NCBI GenBank assembly: GCA_022763105.1
Contig: JALEGK010000067.1
Span: forward strand, 1,811-65,810
DNA from: Rickettsiales bacterium
GTDB taxonomy: Bacteria > Pseudomonadota > Alphaproteobacteria > Rickettsiales > UBA3002
Direction: 5' to 3'
DNA: 64,000 nt
The notes under the pieces were generated by a model that saw only the letters and a list, made by a program, of their open reading frames with translations, had not been told where the DNA came from and searched no databases. Positions 50,458 to 58,833 of this stretch are shown in pieces. The position numbers were made by a program, and so were the translations under genes. Within the stretch, counting starts at the first letter, position 1, and each line of letters begins with the position of its first letter.

Positions 50458-50913
50458 ATGAACTTGATTCAAACGCTTGAAAAAGAAGCTCTAGAAAAAC
50501 ACGGCAACAAACGCATCGATGCGTTTGATGCGGGTGATACCGTACGCGTGAACGTAAAAATCGTGGAAGGCGCGAACGAGCGTATTCAGGCATTCGAAGG
50601 CATTTGTATCGCTAAGAAAGATCGCGGTGTTCATTCTTCATTCACCGTTCGCAAAATCAGCCATGGTGAAGGTGTAGAGCGTATCTTCCCACTATACGGT
50701 CCTCGTATTGACTCAGTGGAAATGATCCGCCGTGGTGATGTGCGCCGTGCGAAACTATACTACCTACGTGGTCGTACTGGTAAGGCAGCACGTATTAAAG
50801 AGAAAATGGACTTCGGTAAAACCGACCTGGATGCGGTTAAAGAGAAGAAAGAGGCTCGCCAAAAGGCTCGAGCCGAACGCAAAAAGGCGATAGAAGAAAA
50901 GAAAGCGTCTTAA
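50458..50913 (+). CDS. rplS: 50S ribosomal protein L19 (with Lys-rich C-terminal extension)
   Basis: 151 aa from ATG 50458. Contains [13 protein letters not shown]...RIQAFEG. Confidence 0.95.
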   Translation: MNLIQTLEKEALEKHGNKRIDAFDAGDTVRVNVKIVEGANERIQAFEGICIAKKDRGVHSSFTVRKISHGEGVERIFPLYGPRIDSVEMIRRGDVRRAKLYYLRGRTGKAARIKEKMDFGKTDLDAVKEKKEARQKARAERKKAIEEKKAS

Positions 50914-50928
50914 GCTTAAAAGATTCAA

Positions 50929-50949
50929 GGGGGCGCACGCCCCCTTTTT
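50929..50949 (+). terminator. Rho-independent terminator after rplS
   Basis: Stem GGGGGCG/CGCCCCC, 2-nt loop, then TTTTT. Confidence 0.8.
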
Positions 50950-51001
50950 CGTATCTAATACCATCATCTGTAAAAACAAAATCAGCACAGAGAAGTGATT
51001 C

Positions 51002-52429
51002 ATGACACAGCCTAAAACTATCTACGATAAAATTGTCGACGCCCACCTAGTCCACGAAGCCGAAGACGGCACTTGCCTACTCTATATTGACCGCCAGTTG
51101 ATTCACGAAGTTACCAGCCCGCAAGCCTTTGAAGGATTGCGCATGGCAGGCCGCCCAGTGCGCCGCCCCGATGCAACTTTGGCCGTAGCAGACCATAACG
51201 TGCCAACCACGCCAGACCGTGCTGAGGGCATTAAAGATGAAACCTCCCGCATTCAGGTGCAGACGCTCGAAGATAACTGCGCCGAGTTTGGCATTCAGTA
51301 TTATAAAATGGACGATAAGCGCCAAGGTATTGTGCATATCGTTGGCCCAGAGCAAGGCTTCACCCAACCGGGCATGACGATTGTCTGCGGTGATTCGCAC
51401 ACCTCTACTCACGGCGCATTCGGCTCACTCGCTTTCGGTATTGGTACCAGCGAAGTCGAGCATGTGCTCGCCACCCAAACCTTAATTCAAAAGCGCGCCA
51501 AAAACATGCTGGTCAAAGTTGACGGCAAACTACCATTCGGCGTCACCGCAAAAGACATCACGCTCGCTGTTATTGGCCGCATTGGCACCGCTGGCGGAAC
51601 GGGCTATGTTATTGAGTATGCTGGCGAAGCGATTCAGTCACTTTCAATGGAAGGTCGCATGACCGTCTGCAATATGAGCATTGAAGCAGGCGCACGTGCG
51701 GGCCTGATCGCACCAGATGAGAAAACCTTTGAATATATTAAAGGCCGCCCACTCGCGCCAAAAGGTGATGATTGGGAGAAAGCCGTTGCTTACTGGAAAA
51801 CCCTTCCTTCAGACGCAAATGCGCATTACGACACGGTTATTGAGCTGAATGCCGACGATATCGTACCGCAAGTCACATGGGGCACCAGCCCAGAAGATGT
51901 GCTGCCAATCACTGCGGATATTCCGGCATCAGTTGAAGGCAAAAACCAAGACGCGGTTGATCGCGCACTGGATTATATGGGCCTGACCGCTGGCACGCCA
52001 TTACAAGAAGTCGCCATCGATAAGGTATTCATTGGTTCATGCACCAATGGCCGCATCGAAGATTTCCGCGCCGCCGCCGAAGTGGCGAAAGGCCGCAAAG
52101 TGGCAAGCTCTGTCATACTAGCAATGGTGGTTCCGGGTTCTGGCTTGGTGAAAGAACAAGCCGAAGCCGAAGGCTTAGATAAAATTTTCGTGGAAGCAGG
52201 CTTTGAATGGCGTGAGCCGGGCTGCTCTATGTGCTTGGCGATGAATGCCGACAAACTAGCTCCCGAAGAGCGCTGTGCATCAACCTCCAACCGCAACTTT
52301 GAAGGCCGCCAAGGCCGCGGCGGACGCACACATCTTATGTCTCCAGCCATGGCCGTTGCTGCCGCAATTACCGGCAAATTAACCGATGTTCGCACATTGC
52401 AAGAATCATCATTGGAGCAAGCGAGCTAA
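51002..52429 (+). CDS. leuC: 3-isopropylmalate dehydratase large subunit
   Basis: 475 aa. CGDSHT, GSCTNGR and CSMCLAMN cluster motifs. Confidence 0.95.
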   Translation: MTQPKTIYDKIVDAHLVHEAEDGTCLLYIDRQLIHEVTSPQAFEGLRMAGRPVRRPDATLAVADHNVPTTPDRAEGIKDETSRIQVQTLEDNCAEFGIQYYKMDDKRQGIVHIVGPEQGFTQPGMTIVCGDSHTSTHGAFGSLAFGIGTSEVEHVLATQTLIQKRAKNMLVKVDGKLPFGVTAKDITLAVIGRIGTAGGTGYVIEYAGEAIQSLSMEGRMTVCNMSIEAGARAGLIAPDEKTFEYIKGRPLAPKGDDWEKAVAYWKTLPSDANAHYDTVIELNADDIVPQVTWGTSPEDVLPITADIPASVEGKNQDAVDRALDYMGLTAGTPLQEVAIDKVFIGSCTNGRIEDFRAAAEVAKGRKVASSVILAMVVPGSGLVKEQAEAEGLDKIFVEAGFEWREPGCSMCLAMNADKLAPEERCASTSNRNFEGRQGRGGRTHLMSPAMAVAAAITGKLTDVRTLQESSLEQAS

Positions 52430-52447
52430 CCACAAGGAGTTAATCTC

Positions 52448-52600
52448 ATGAGTTTTTGGAGCCGCATGTTCAGCTGGATTCGCAATCCATTCACCTATAA
52501 ACGTCGCCAACAAGAGTGGGCGAACCGCTTCGATCAGCCACCCGCTAATCCAAGCAATCCGCTACCGCTCGATCCGGGCCGCGACCCTTGGAGAACCTAG
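52448..52600 (+). CDS. Candidate 50-aa Trp/Pro-rich small protein (MSFWSRMFSWIRNPFTYKRRQQEWANRFDQPPANPSNPLPLDPGRDPWRT)
   Basis: AAGGAG lies 9 nt before the ATG. Starts 18 nt after leuC and ends 3 nt before the next ORF. It is below the ORF-track cutoff. Confidence 0.5.
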   Translation: MSFWSRMFSWIRNPFTYKRRQQEWANRFDQPPANPSNPLPLDPGRDPWRT

Positions 52601-52603
52601 AGA

Positions 52604-53065
52604 ATGGGTACATTCATCAAAATCGTCGGTATTTTATTTCTGCTCGCCCTTGCTGGTGGAGGCATTTGGTTTGGCTTCCAGATCAAACAAGGCGTAAAGC
52701 TGGATAAAACCTCACGCACTTTCGTTGAAACACAACTGCCAAAGCTCGCTAAGAATCGCTGGTATGGCCCGCATATGCGCCCCATTGCCCACACCAAATT
52801 TATGGAAGCGGTGAGCATGGAAGATTGGCAGAAATTATCAGAAAAATACTATAGAGCACTCGGCCCTATGCAGGAATTCGGTGAATGTCAGGGACAGGCA
52901 AAAATCCATTACGGTGATGGCGGTAAGCTCATTACCGCTGATTATGCCTGCGATGCATTCTTTGAGAAAGCCGCCGCTAAAATTGAGGTTCAGCTAACCC
53001 CTGAAGGTGCTGATACCAATTGGAAAATCATTAAAATCAACATTGTCTCAAACGCGTTTTTATAG
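52604..53065 (+). CDS. Hypothetical N-terminally membrane-anchored protein
   Basis: 153 aa. One N-terminal TM helix, then a ~120-aa domain ending in NWKIIKINIV (possibly an NTF2-like fold; this is a guess). Confidence 0.6.
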   Translation: MGTFIKIVGILFLLALAGGGIWFGFQIKQGVKLDKTSRTFVETQLPKLAKNRWYGPHMRPIAHTKFMEAVSMEDWQKLSEKYYRALGPMQEFGECQGQAKIHYGDGGKLITADYACDAFFEKAAAKIEVQLTPEGADTNWKIIKINIVSNAFL

Positions 53066-53073
53066 GAATCAAC

Positions 53074-53619
53074 ATGCTTAAGCATTTTGCTATACTCACC
53101 TCTTTCGCACTCTTTCTTTCAGCCTGCTCTACAGGCACCGCATATGATTTGGGAGCAAATGTCGAAGAAGGAGAAACGCTCGGAAATTATCAAATCACTA
53201 CTCTGGAAGTCGTACCAACTAATCCGTCAATGGCTCAAGATAAAGACTTCCAAATCATCAAGCCTTTTATTGAAAGAGAGTTGGTGCAAGCCTTTACGAA
53301 TGTTGGCACAAATCGCCCGGCAGCTGGCTTAACCGTTGAAATTACCCATATCAGTGCAGAACTTAACGCCTTTACAGCCGCCATGGTCGGTGATGGATAT
53401 AACATCAATGGGCGCGCTCATGTATGGCAAGGCAACCGCAATAATAAAATAGCTGATGTTAAAGTAATCAGTCATACCGGCCCGCTTGGTGGTGGCATTA
53501 TTGGCGTTTTCAACGCAGCTAACACAAGCGAACAAGAAGAAATGGCATACAGAAATGAAGTAGCATCTCTATTTGCACGTGAAATTCGTGGAGCCATCTA
53601 TCCAGAATACGATAATTAA
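53074..53619 (+). CDS. Hypothetical lipoprotein
   Basis: 181 aa. Lipobox FLSAC at residues 14-18. Confidence 0.65.
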   Translation: MLKHFAILTSFALFLSACSTGTAYDLGANVEEGETLGNYQITTLEVVPTNPSMAQDKDFQIIKPFIERELVQAFTNVGTNRPAAGLTVEITHISAELNAFTAAMVGDGYNINGRAHVWQGNRNNKIADVKVISHTGPLGGGIIGVFNAANTSEQEEMAYRNEVASLFAREIRGAIYPEYDN

Positions 53620-53628
53620 GAGGAAATC

Positions 53629-54243
53629 ATGGAAAAATTCACAAACGTAACCGCTACTGCAGCTCCACTCGCGCTGCCTAACATCGATACGGATATGATT
53701 ATCCCTAAGCAATTTTTGAAGACCATTAAGCGCACCGGCCTATCGGAAGGCCTATTCTTTGAAATGCGTTACGATGTCGACGGTAACAAAATCGAAGATT
53801 TCATTTTGCATAAAGAGCCATACGATAAAGCAGAAGTCCTTATTGCTCTTGATAATTTCGGATGTGGATCATCTCGTGAGCATGCGCCTTGGGCCCTGCT
53901 CGACTTTGGAATTAAATGTGTGATTGCCCCTAGCTTCGCCGATATTTTCTTTAATAACTGCTTTAAGAATGGAATCCTTCCTATTGTTTTACCAAAAGAA
54001 CAAGTGGAAGAACTGATTGATTTTGCCAAGCAGCCAGACAATAACTTCACCGTTGATCTGGACAACCAAATTGTACGAGCGTCCAATAAAGAATATGCGT
54101 TCGATGTCGACCCATTCCGCAAACATTGTCTGCAACAAGGCTTGGACGATATTGGTTTGACCTTAGAGAAGTCGCAGCATATTGATGAATACGAAACAAA
54201 ACGCCGCGACCAAGCGCCGTGGCTGTTCCAAAACGCCGGTTAA
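53629..54243 (+). CDS. leuD: 3-isopropylmalate dehydratase small subunit
   Basis: 204 aa. [13 protein letters not shown] motif. RBS is AAGAGGAA. Confidence 0.95.
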   Translation: MEKFTNVTATAAPLALPNIDTDMIIPKQFLKTIKRTGLSEGLFFEMRYDVDGNKIEDFILHKEPYDKAEVLIALDNFGCGSSREHAPWALLDFGIKCVIAPSFADIFFNNCFKNGILPIVLPKEQVEELIDFAKQPDNNFTVDLDNQIVRASNKEYAFDVDPFRKHCLQQGLDDIGLTLEKSQHIDEYETKRRDQAPWLFQNAG

Positions 54244-54256
54244 TCAGGAGGCCACC

Positions 54257-54391
54257 ATGTCAAAGAACACCCTTATTGCAATCATCGTCATTCTGGCTGC
54301 TGGTCTGGGCTATTACATCTATCAAGACCAACAAAAAGAGCAGGTCTCGCTATCGATTGGCGATAAATCGATTTCTATCGAAGCTCAGTAA
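54257..54391 (+). CDS. Candidate 44-aa single-TM small protein (MSKNTLIAIIVILAAGLGYYIYQ...)
   Basis: CAGGAGG lies 6 nt before ATG 54257. It is the internal start of track ORF 54182-54391. Confidence 0.5.
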   Translation: MSKNTLIAIIVILAAGLGYYIYQDQQKEQVSLSIGDKSISIEAQ

Positions 54392-54396
54392 ATTTT

Positions 54397-54810
54397 ATGG
54401 ATAAATATCTCGACACCTTTATGCAGGTCTCAGCACTAGAAGTGCTAGCTGCAACCGTCGCCATGTATGCGGTCTCTAGCATTTGGTTCGCCGTATTATT
54501 CGCAGATAAATGCGCCGAGCTTAAAGGCGTCGCGCCCGGCGAGAATTGCAATCCCACCAAATCCATGCTGATTAAAGGTTTTCTCGCCTATATTCCCGTC
54601 GCCTTTTTGATCGGCGTCATTGATGTGCACGCACAAGGCAACCCAATCGCAATTTTCGCGTCTGTCGGAGTGGTTTGGCTGTTCATGTTCTTCGATATGA
54701 TCCACGCCACCATCTGGGAAGAGATGCCTTTTAAGCTATTTTTAATCTATATATTCAATACATTAGCCACCTACTCCGCAGCTGGCACAGTCTTCTGGCA
54801 AATCTCGTAA
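54397..54810 (+). CDS. Hypothetical 4-TM membrane protein (DUF1761-like by pattern)
   Basis: 137 aa. The hydrophobicity pattern and length resemble DUF1761. The assignment is tentative. Confidence 0.55.
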   Translation: MDKYLDTFMQVSALEVLAATVAMYAVSSIWFAVLFADKCAELKGVAPGENCNPTKSMLIKGFLAYIPVAFLIGVIDVHAQGNPIAIFASVGVVWLFMFFDMIHATIWEEMPFKLFLIYIFNTLATYSAAGTVFWQIS

Positions 54811-54875
54811 TCGCTTGTTGTTCCCTCAAAAATAGTGTATGCTATAGGCATAAACGTTTCAGGTAGGAACACAAA

Positions 54876-55274
54876 ATGACGACTGTAGGTGCAACCCAAG
54901 TAGGTATGTTGCTCGGCGGTAATAACCGATCTTCAAGCCATTCTTATCAAGATAATCTATCAACCAATCTCAATGGTGCGCTTGGCTATTCATCCATCGC
55001 GGATACGACTTCGATCATGCTCAATGAGGCATATTCGGAACATTTGCCAAGTGTCAAAACGCCAACCCCACTCGAGAATTTGCGTAAGTTCGCACAAGAA
55101 TATATGGCCGATGATGATGCGAAGAAGCTAATCGCTACCATCGATGCGGTGCAAGACTTGCATGAGTTTGTGAGCAGTGAGAACTATGCAGACCGTGTCG
55201 CAGATTTGCTTTCAGGAAGAAAAGAAGGTGCTGGCAGCTTTGGTGCCGGACTGTTGATAAACGCACTGTTTTAG
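54876..55274 (+). CDS. Hypothetical protein
   Basis: 132 aa. Ser/Asn-rich N-terminus and acidic helical C-terminus. A plausible TTGTTG-N17-TATGCT promoter lies upstream. Confidence 0.5.
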   Translation: MTTVGATQVGMLLGGNNRSSSHSYQDNLSTNLNGALGYSSIADTTSIMLNEAYSEHLPSVKTPTPLENLRKFAQEYMADDDAKKLIATIDAVQDLHEFVSSENYADRVADLLSGRKEGAGSFGAGLLINALF

Positions 55275-55357
55275 CAAGTTTTCTGCGCCTCACAGCTTGA
55301 CCTAAGCGCACATTCATTCTACATTCCCGCTCCAAACTTTTGTGAAAAGGGAATGAA

Positions 55358-56473
55358 ATGGCGTCTAAGCATATTCTATTATTGCCTGGTGATGGCATTG
55401 GGCCAGAAGTAGTCGGTGAAACCGCAAAAATCATTAAGTGGTTCTCTAACAATTCAGACACGCAATTCGAAACTTCCGAAGCATTACTTGGTGGTATTGC
55501 TTACGATGAGGCTGGCAGCCCCTTCCCCGATAAAACCCTACAAGCCGCAAAGAAAGCTGATGCCATTCTGCTTGGTGCAGTGGGTGGCCCTAAATGGGAG
55601 TCGCTGGATTACAGCGTACGCCCAGAGCGCGGCCTACTTGGCATTCGTAAAGAGCTTGGCCTATTCGCGAACCTGCGCCCAGCCATGTGCTTTGATGCAT
55701 TAGCCGATGCTTCTAGCCTAAAGAAAGAGCTAGTTGCTGGCCTAGATATTATGATTGTGCGCGAGCTAACCGGTGGCATTTACTTTGGCGAGCCTCGTGG
55801 CGTGGTCGAAGAAAATGGCAAACGCCGCGGCTTCAACACCCTTGCTTACCGCGATGATGAAGTACAACGCATCGCGCGCGTCGCATTCGATTTAGCATCC
55901 AAGCGCAACAAGCGCCTCTGCTCTGTCGATAAAGCGAACGTGTTAGAGGTCACCGAGATGTGGCGCGAAGAAGTACAGAAAATCGGCGATAGCGAATATA
56001 GCGATATAGAACTAACGCACATGTATGTCGATAACGCATCGATGCAGCTTGTGCGTAATCCAAAGCAATTCGATGTGCTGGTTACCACCAACATGTTCGG
56101 CGATATCTTGTCTGATTGCGCTGCCATGCTAACCGGCTCACTCGGCATGCTTCCTTCTGCGTCTCTCGGCGAAGAAATCGATAGCAAACGCGCGGCATTA
56201 TACGAACCAGTACACGGCTCAGCGCCTGACATTGCAGGCCAAGGCGTCGCAAACCCTATCGCTACCATCTTAAGCTTTGCCATGATGTTGCGTTACTCAT
56301 TTAACCTACAACATGAAGCGGATATGCTAGAAAACGCCGTGTCAGACGTGCTGGCACAGGGCCTGCGCACTGGCGATATCATGTCAGAAGGTGGCAAGAA
56401 AGTTGGCACCGCAGAAATGGGCGCAGCGATCATCGCTGCATTAGAAGCACAAAAAGCAAAGGCAGCAGCATAA
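55358..56473 (+). CDS. leuB: 3-isopropylmalate dehydrogenase
   Basis: 371 aa. [12 protein letters not shown]-terminus, plus [10 protein letters not shown] and NMFGDILSD. Confidence 0.95.
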   Translation: MASKHILLLPGDGIGPEVVGETAKIIKWFSNNSDTQFETSEALLGGIAYDEAGSPFPDKTLQAAKKADAILLGAVGGPKWESLDYSVRPERGLLGIRKELGLFANLRPAMCFDALADASSLKKELVAGLDIMIVRELTGGIYFGEPRGVVEENGKRRGFNTLAYRDDEVQRIARVAFDLASKRNKRLCSVDKANVLEVTEMWREEVQKIGDSEYSDIELTHMYVDNASMQLVRNPKQFDVLVTTNMFGDILSDCAAMLTGSLGMLPSASLGEEIDSKRAALYEPVHGSAPDIAGQGVANPIATILSFAMMLRYSFNLQHEADMLENAVSDVLAQGLRTGDIMSEGGKKVGTAEMGAAIIAALEAQKAKAAA

Positions 56474-56943
56474 TGACCAAACTATTACTCACCACACTGA
56501 CTATCTTACTTGGCGCATCCATCGCATGGGCGAACCCGTATGCAAATAACCCTGACATTCAAAAAGCTCAGGAAATGATGCAGAAAATGCAGAATATGAC
56601 ACCAGAACAGCAGCAACAATATATCATGCAAATGCAGCAAAATATGATGCAGGCGCAAAGCTGTTTTTCTCAAATCGATCAGCAGAAGATGAACGCCTTG
56701 ATGGCGCGCGGTCAAGCAGTCTCGAATAAAATCGAAACCATGTGTAAGGCCGGAAATGTCTCTGCCGCAGAAAAATACGCAATGACCGAAGGCACGAAGA
56801 TGATGAATGACCCGACCGTCAAACAACTTCAAGCCTGCTCAAAAGACATGATGGAAAAATTAAAAGGCAAGTTTCCCGGTGTGTTGGACACCTCGCCAGA
56901 TGGCGCCAAGGGCGGAAGCATTTGCGATGGATATGAAGGATAA
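56473..56943 (+). CDS. Secreted Met/Gln-rich protein with LTxxQ-like motif (possible Spy/CpxP-like periplasmic protein)
   Basis: 156 aa. Signal peptide ...SIAWA. MMQKMQNMTPEQQQQYIMQMQQNMMQ, and 4 Cys. TAATG overlap with leuB. Confidence 0.6.
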   Translation: MTKLLLTTLTILLGASIAWANPYANNPDIQKAQEMMQKMQNMTPEQQQQYIMQMQQNMMQAQSCFSQIDQQKMNALMARGQAVSNKIETMCKAGNVSAAEKYAMTEGTKMMNDPTVKQLQACSKDMMEKLKGKFPGVLDTSPDGAKGGSICDGYEG

Positions 56944-56948
56944 TATCA

Positions 56949-57980
56949 ATGAGTTATAAAGTAGCAGTTGTCGGTGCGACCGGTAATGTAGGTCGCGAAA
57001 TTTTGAATATTCTAGCAGAACGCAACTTCCCTGCTTCTGAAGTAGTGGCCGTTGCATCTCAGCGATCTAAAGGCAAAGAGGTGAGCTACGGTGAAGATCA
57101 AATCCTCACCTGTCACGCACTCGATGAATATGATTTCAGCGGCACCGATATCGCCCTCTTCTCTCCGGGTGGCAAAATCTCTGCTGAATTTGCGCCAAAA
57201 GCAGCGGCAGCAGGTTGCGTGGTGATCGATAACACCTCACATTTCCGTATGGACGAGGATGTGCCTCTGATCGTACCAGAAGTGAATGCACATGCGATTT
57301 CTGGCTACACACAGCGCAATATTATTGCGAACCCGAACTGCTCCACCATTCAGATGGTGCAAGTGCTGCAAGCCTTCCAGAAGGTGAACCCGATCAAACG
57401 TGTGGTTGTCTCGACCTACCAGTCAGTATCAGGTGCCGGCAAAGAGGCAATGGATGAGCTGTATGATCAGACTAAAGCGCTTTATGTGAATGATGAAAAA
57501 GATCCAAATAATTTCACCAAACGTATCGCCTTCAACGCCATTCCTCACATCGATAAATTTATGGATGACGGCAACACCAAAGAAGAATGGAAAATGATCG
57601 TTGAAACCAAAAAGATCATGGAGGCCGATATACCGGTCAGTGCTACTTGCGTGCGTGTGCCCGTCTTTGTTGGTCATGGCGAGTCAGTGAATGTGGAACT
57701 TGAAAACCCAATCACCATCGATGAAGCCTATGAGATTCTTGAAAATGCCGAGAATGTTAGCGTTGTAGATCGCCGTGAAGATGGCGGCTACATGACGCAA
57801 GCCGAATGCGTCGGTGAAGATGCAACCTTCGTCTCGCGCCTGCGTATCGATGCCAGCGTGCCAAACGGCCTGAATATGTGGATTGTATCAGACAATCTTC
57901 GCAAAGGTGCGGCACTCAACGCCGTACAGATTGCAGAAGAGCTGGTCTTCAACCAAAAACTAATGCCTAAGGCTGCGTAA
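56949..57980 (+). CDS. asd: Aspartate-semialdehyde dehydrogenase
   Basis: 343 aa. VGATGNVGRE N-terminus and the NPNCST active-site Cys. Confidence 0.95.
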   Translation: MSYKVAVVGATGNVGREILNILAERNFPASEVVAVASQRSKGKEVSYGEDQILTCHALDEYDFSGTDIALFSPGGKISAEFAPKAAAAGCVVIDNTSHFRMDEDVPLIVPEVNAHAISGYTQRNIIANPNCSTIQMVQVLQAFQKVNPIKRVVVSTYQSVSGAGKEAMDELYDQTKALYVNDEKDPNNFTKRIAFNAIPHIDKFMDDGNTKEEWKMIVETKKIMEADIPVSATCVRVPVFVGHGESVNVELENPITIDEAYEILENAENVSVVDRREDGGYMTQAECVGEDATFVSRLRIDASVPNGLNMWIVSDNLRKGAALNAVQIAEELVFNQKLMPKAA

Positions 57981-57981
57981 T

Positions 57982-58833
57982 ATGGTGAAAGGGCTTACTC
58001 GTTCTGCCCTGTATGTGCCAACCGATCACGATCGGGCGATGGCTAAAACCAATACGCTGGACTGCGATATCCTCATCTTCGATCTAGAAGATGGCGTCGC
58101 ACCTGACAAAAAGGCTTATGGCCGCCAAGCAATTGTGACCGCATCTGAGCGCAAAGCGTGGGCGAACTTTACCGTGATCGTGCGCATCAATCATCACAGC
58201 ACACCCTATTACGAGGCTGATATCGAAACAGCGCTCACACTACCTATCGATGGCATCATGCTATCGAAAGTGTCAGGCCCAGAAGATGTCGACAAACTGG
58301 TGCACCACACTGCACTGGCTGAACGTGCAGATTTAGCCATTTGGTGCAATGTCGAAACCCCACGCGGCGTGATTAACGCATTTGATATCGCCAATCACCC
58401 GAATGTGCATGGCATTGTCGTTGGCACAAATGATCTCGCCAACGACCTCCGCGTGATTCGCAAATCCAATCGCGGCACGATCATGGGCGCATTACAGCAG
58501 CTAGTTATTGCGGCACGCGCGGCTGAGAAAACTATTCTGGATGGCACCTTCATCGATCTAGAAGATCATGATGGATTAAAGGCAGAAGCTAAACAAGGCC
58601 GCGAAATGGGCTTTGACGGCAAGACACTCATTCACCCCAAACAGATTCCCGCGACCAACACTGCCTTTGCCCCTCGCCAAAGCGACATTGATTACGCGCG
58701 CAAGGTCATCAATATCTACGAAGAAGCCATGAAAGCAGGCAAAGCCGTTACCTTGGTAGATGGTAAGATGATTGAAAAATTACATTACGATCGCGCGGTG
58801 GAACTGCTAGAGACGGTCAAAAAATCCGCCTAA
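57982..58833 (+). CDS. HpcH/HpaI aldolase / citrate lyase beta-subunit (CitE)-like protein
   Basis: 283 aa. RSALYVP...DILIFDLEDGV N-terminal pattern of CitE/malyl-CoA lyase-thioesterase relatives. Confidence 0.75.
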   Translation: MVKGLTRSALYVPTDHDRAMAKTNTLDCDILIFDLEDGVAPDKKAYGRQAIVTASERKAWANFTVIVRINHHSTPYYEADIETALTLPIDGIMLSKVSGPEDVDKLVHHTALAERADLAIWCNVETPRGVINAFDIANHPNVHGIVVGTNDLANDLRVIRKSNRGTIMGALQQLVIAARAAEKTILDGTFIDLEDHDGLKAEAKQGREMGFDGKTLIHPKQIPATNTAFAPRQSDIDYARKVINIYEEAMKAGKAVTLVDGKMIEKLHYDRAVELLETVKKSA

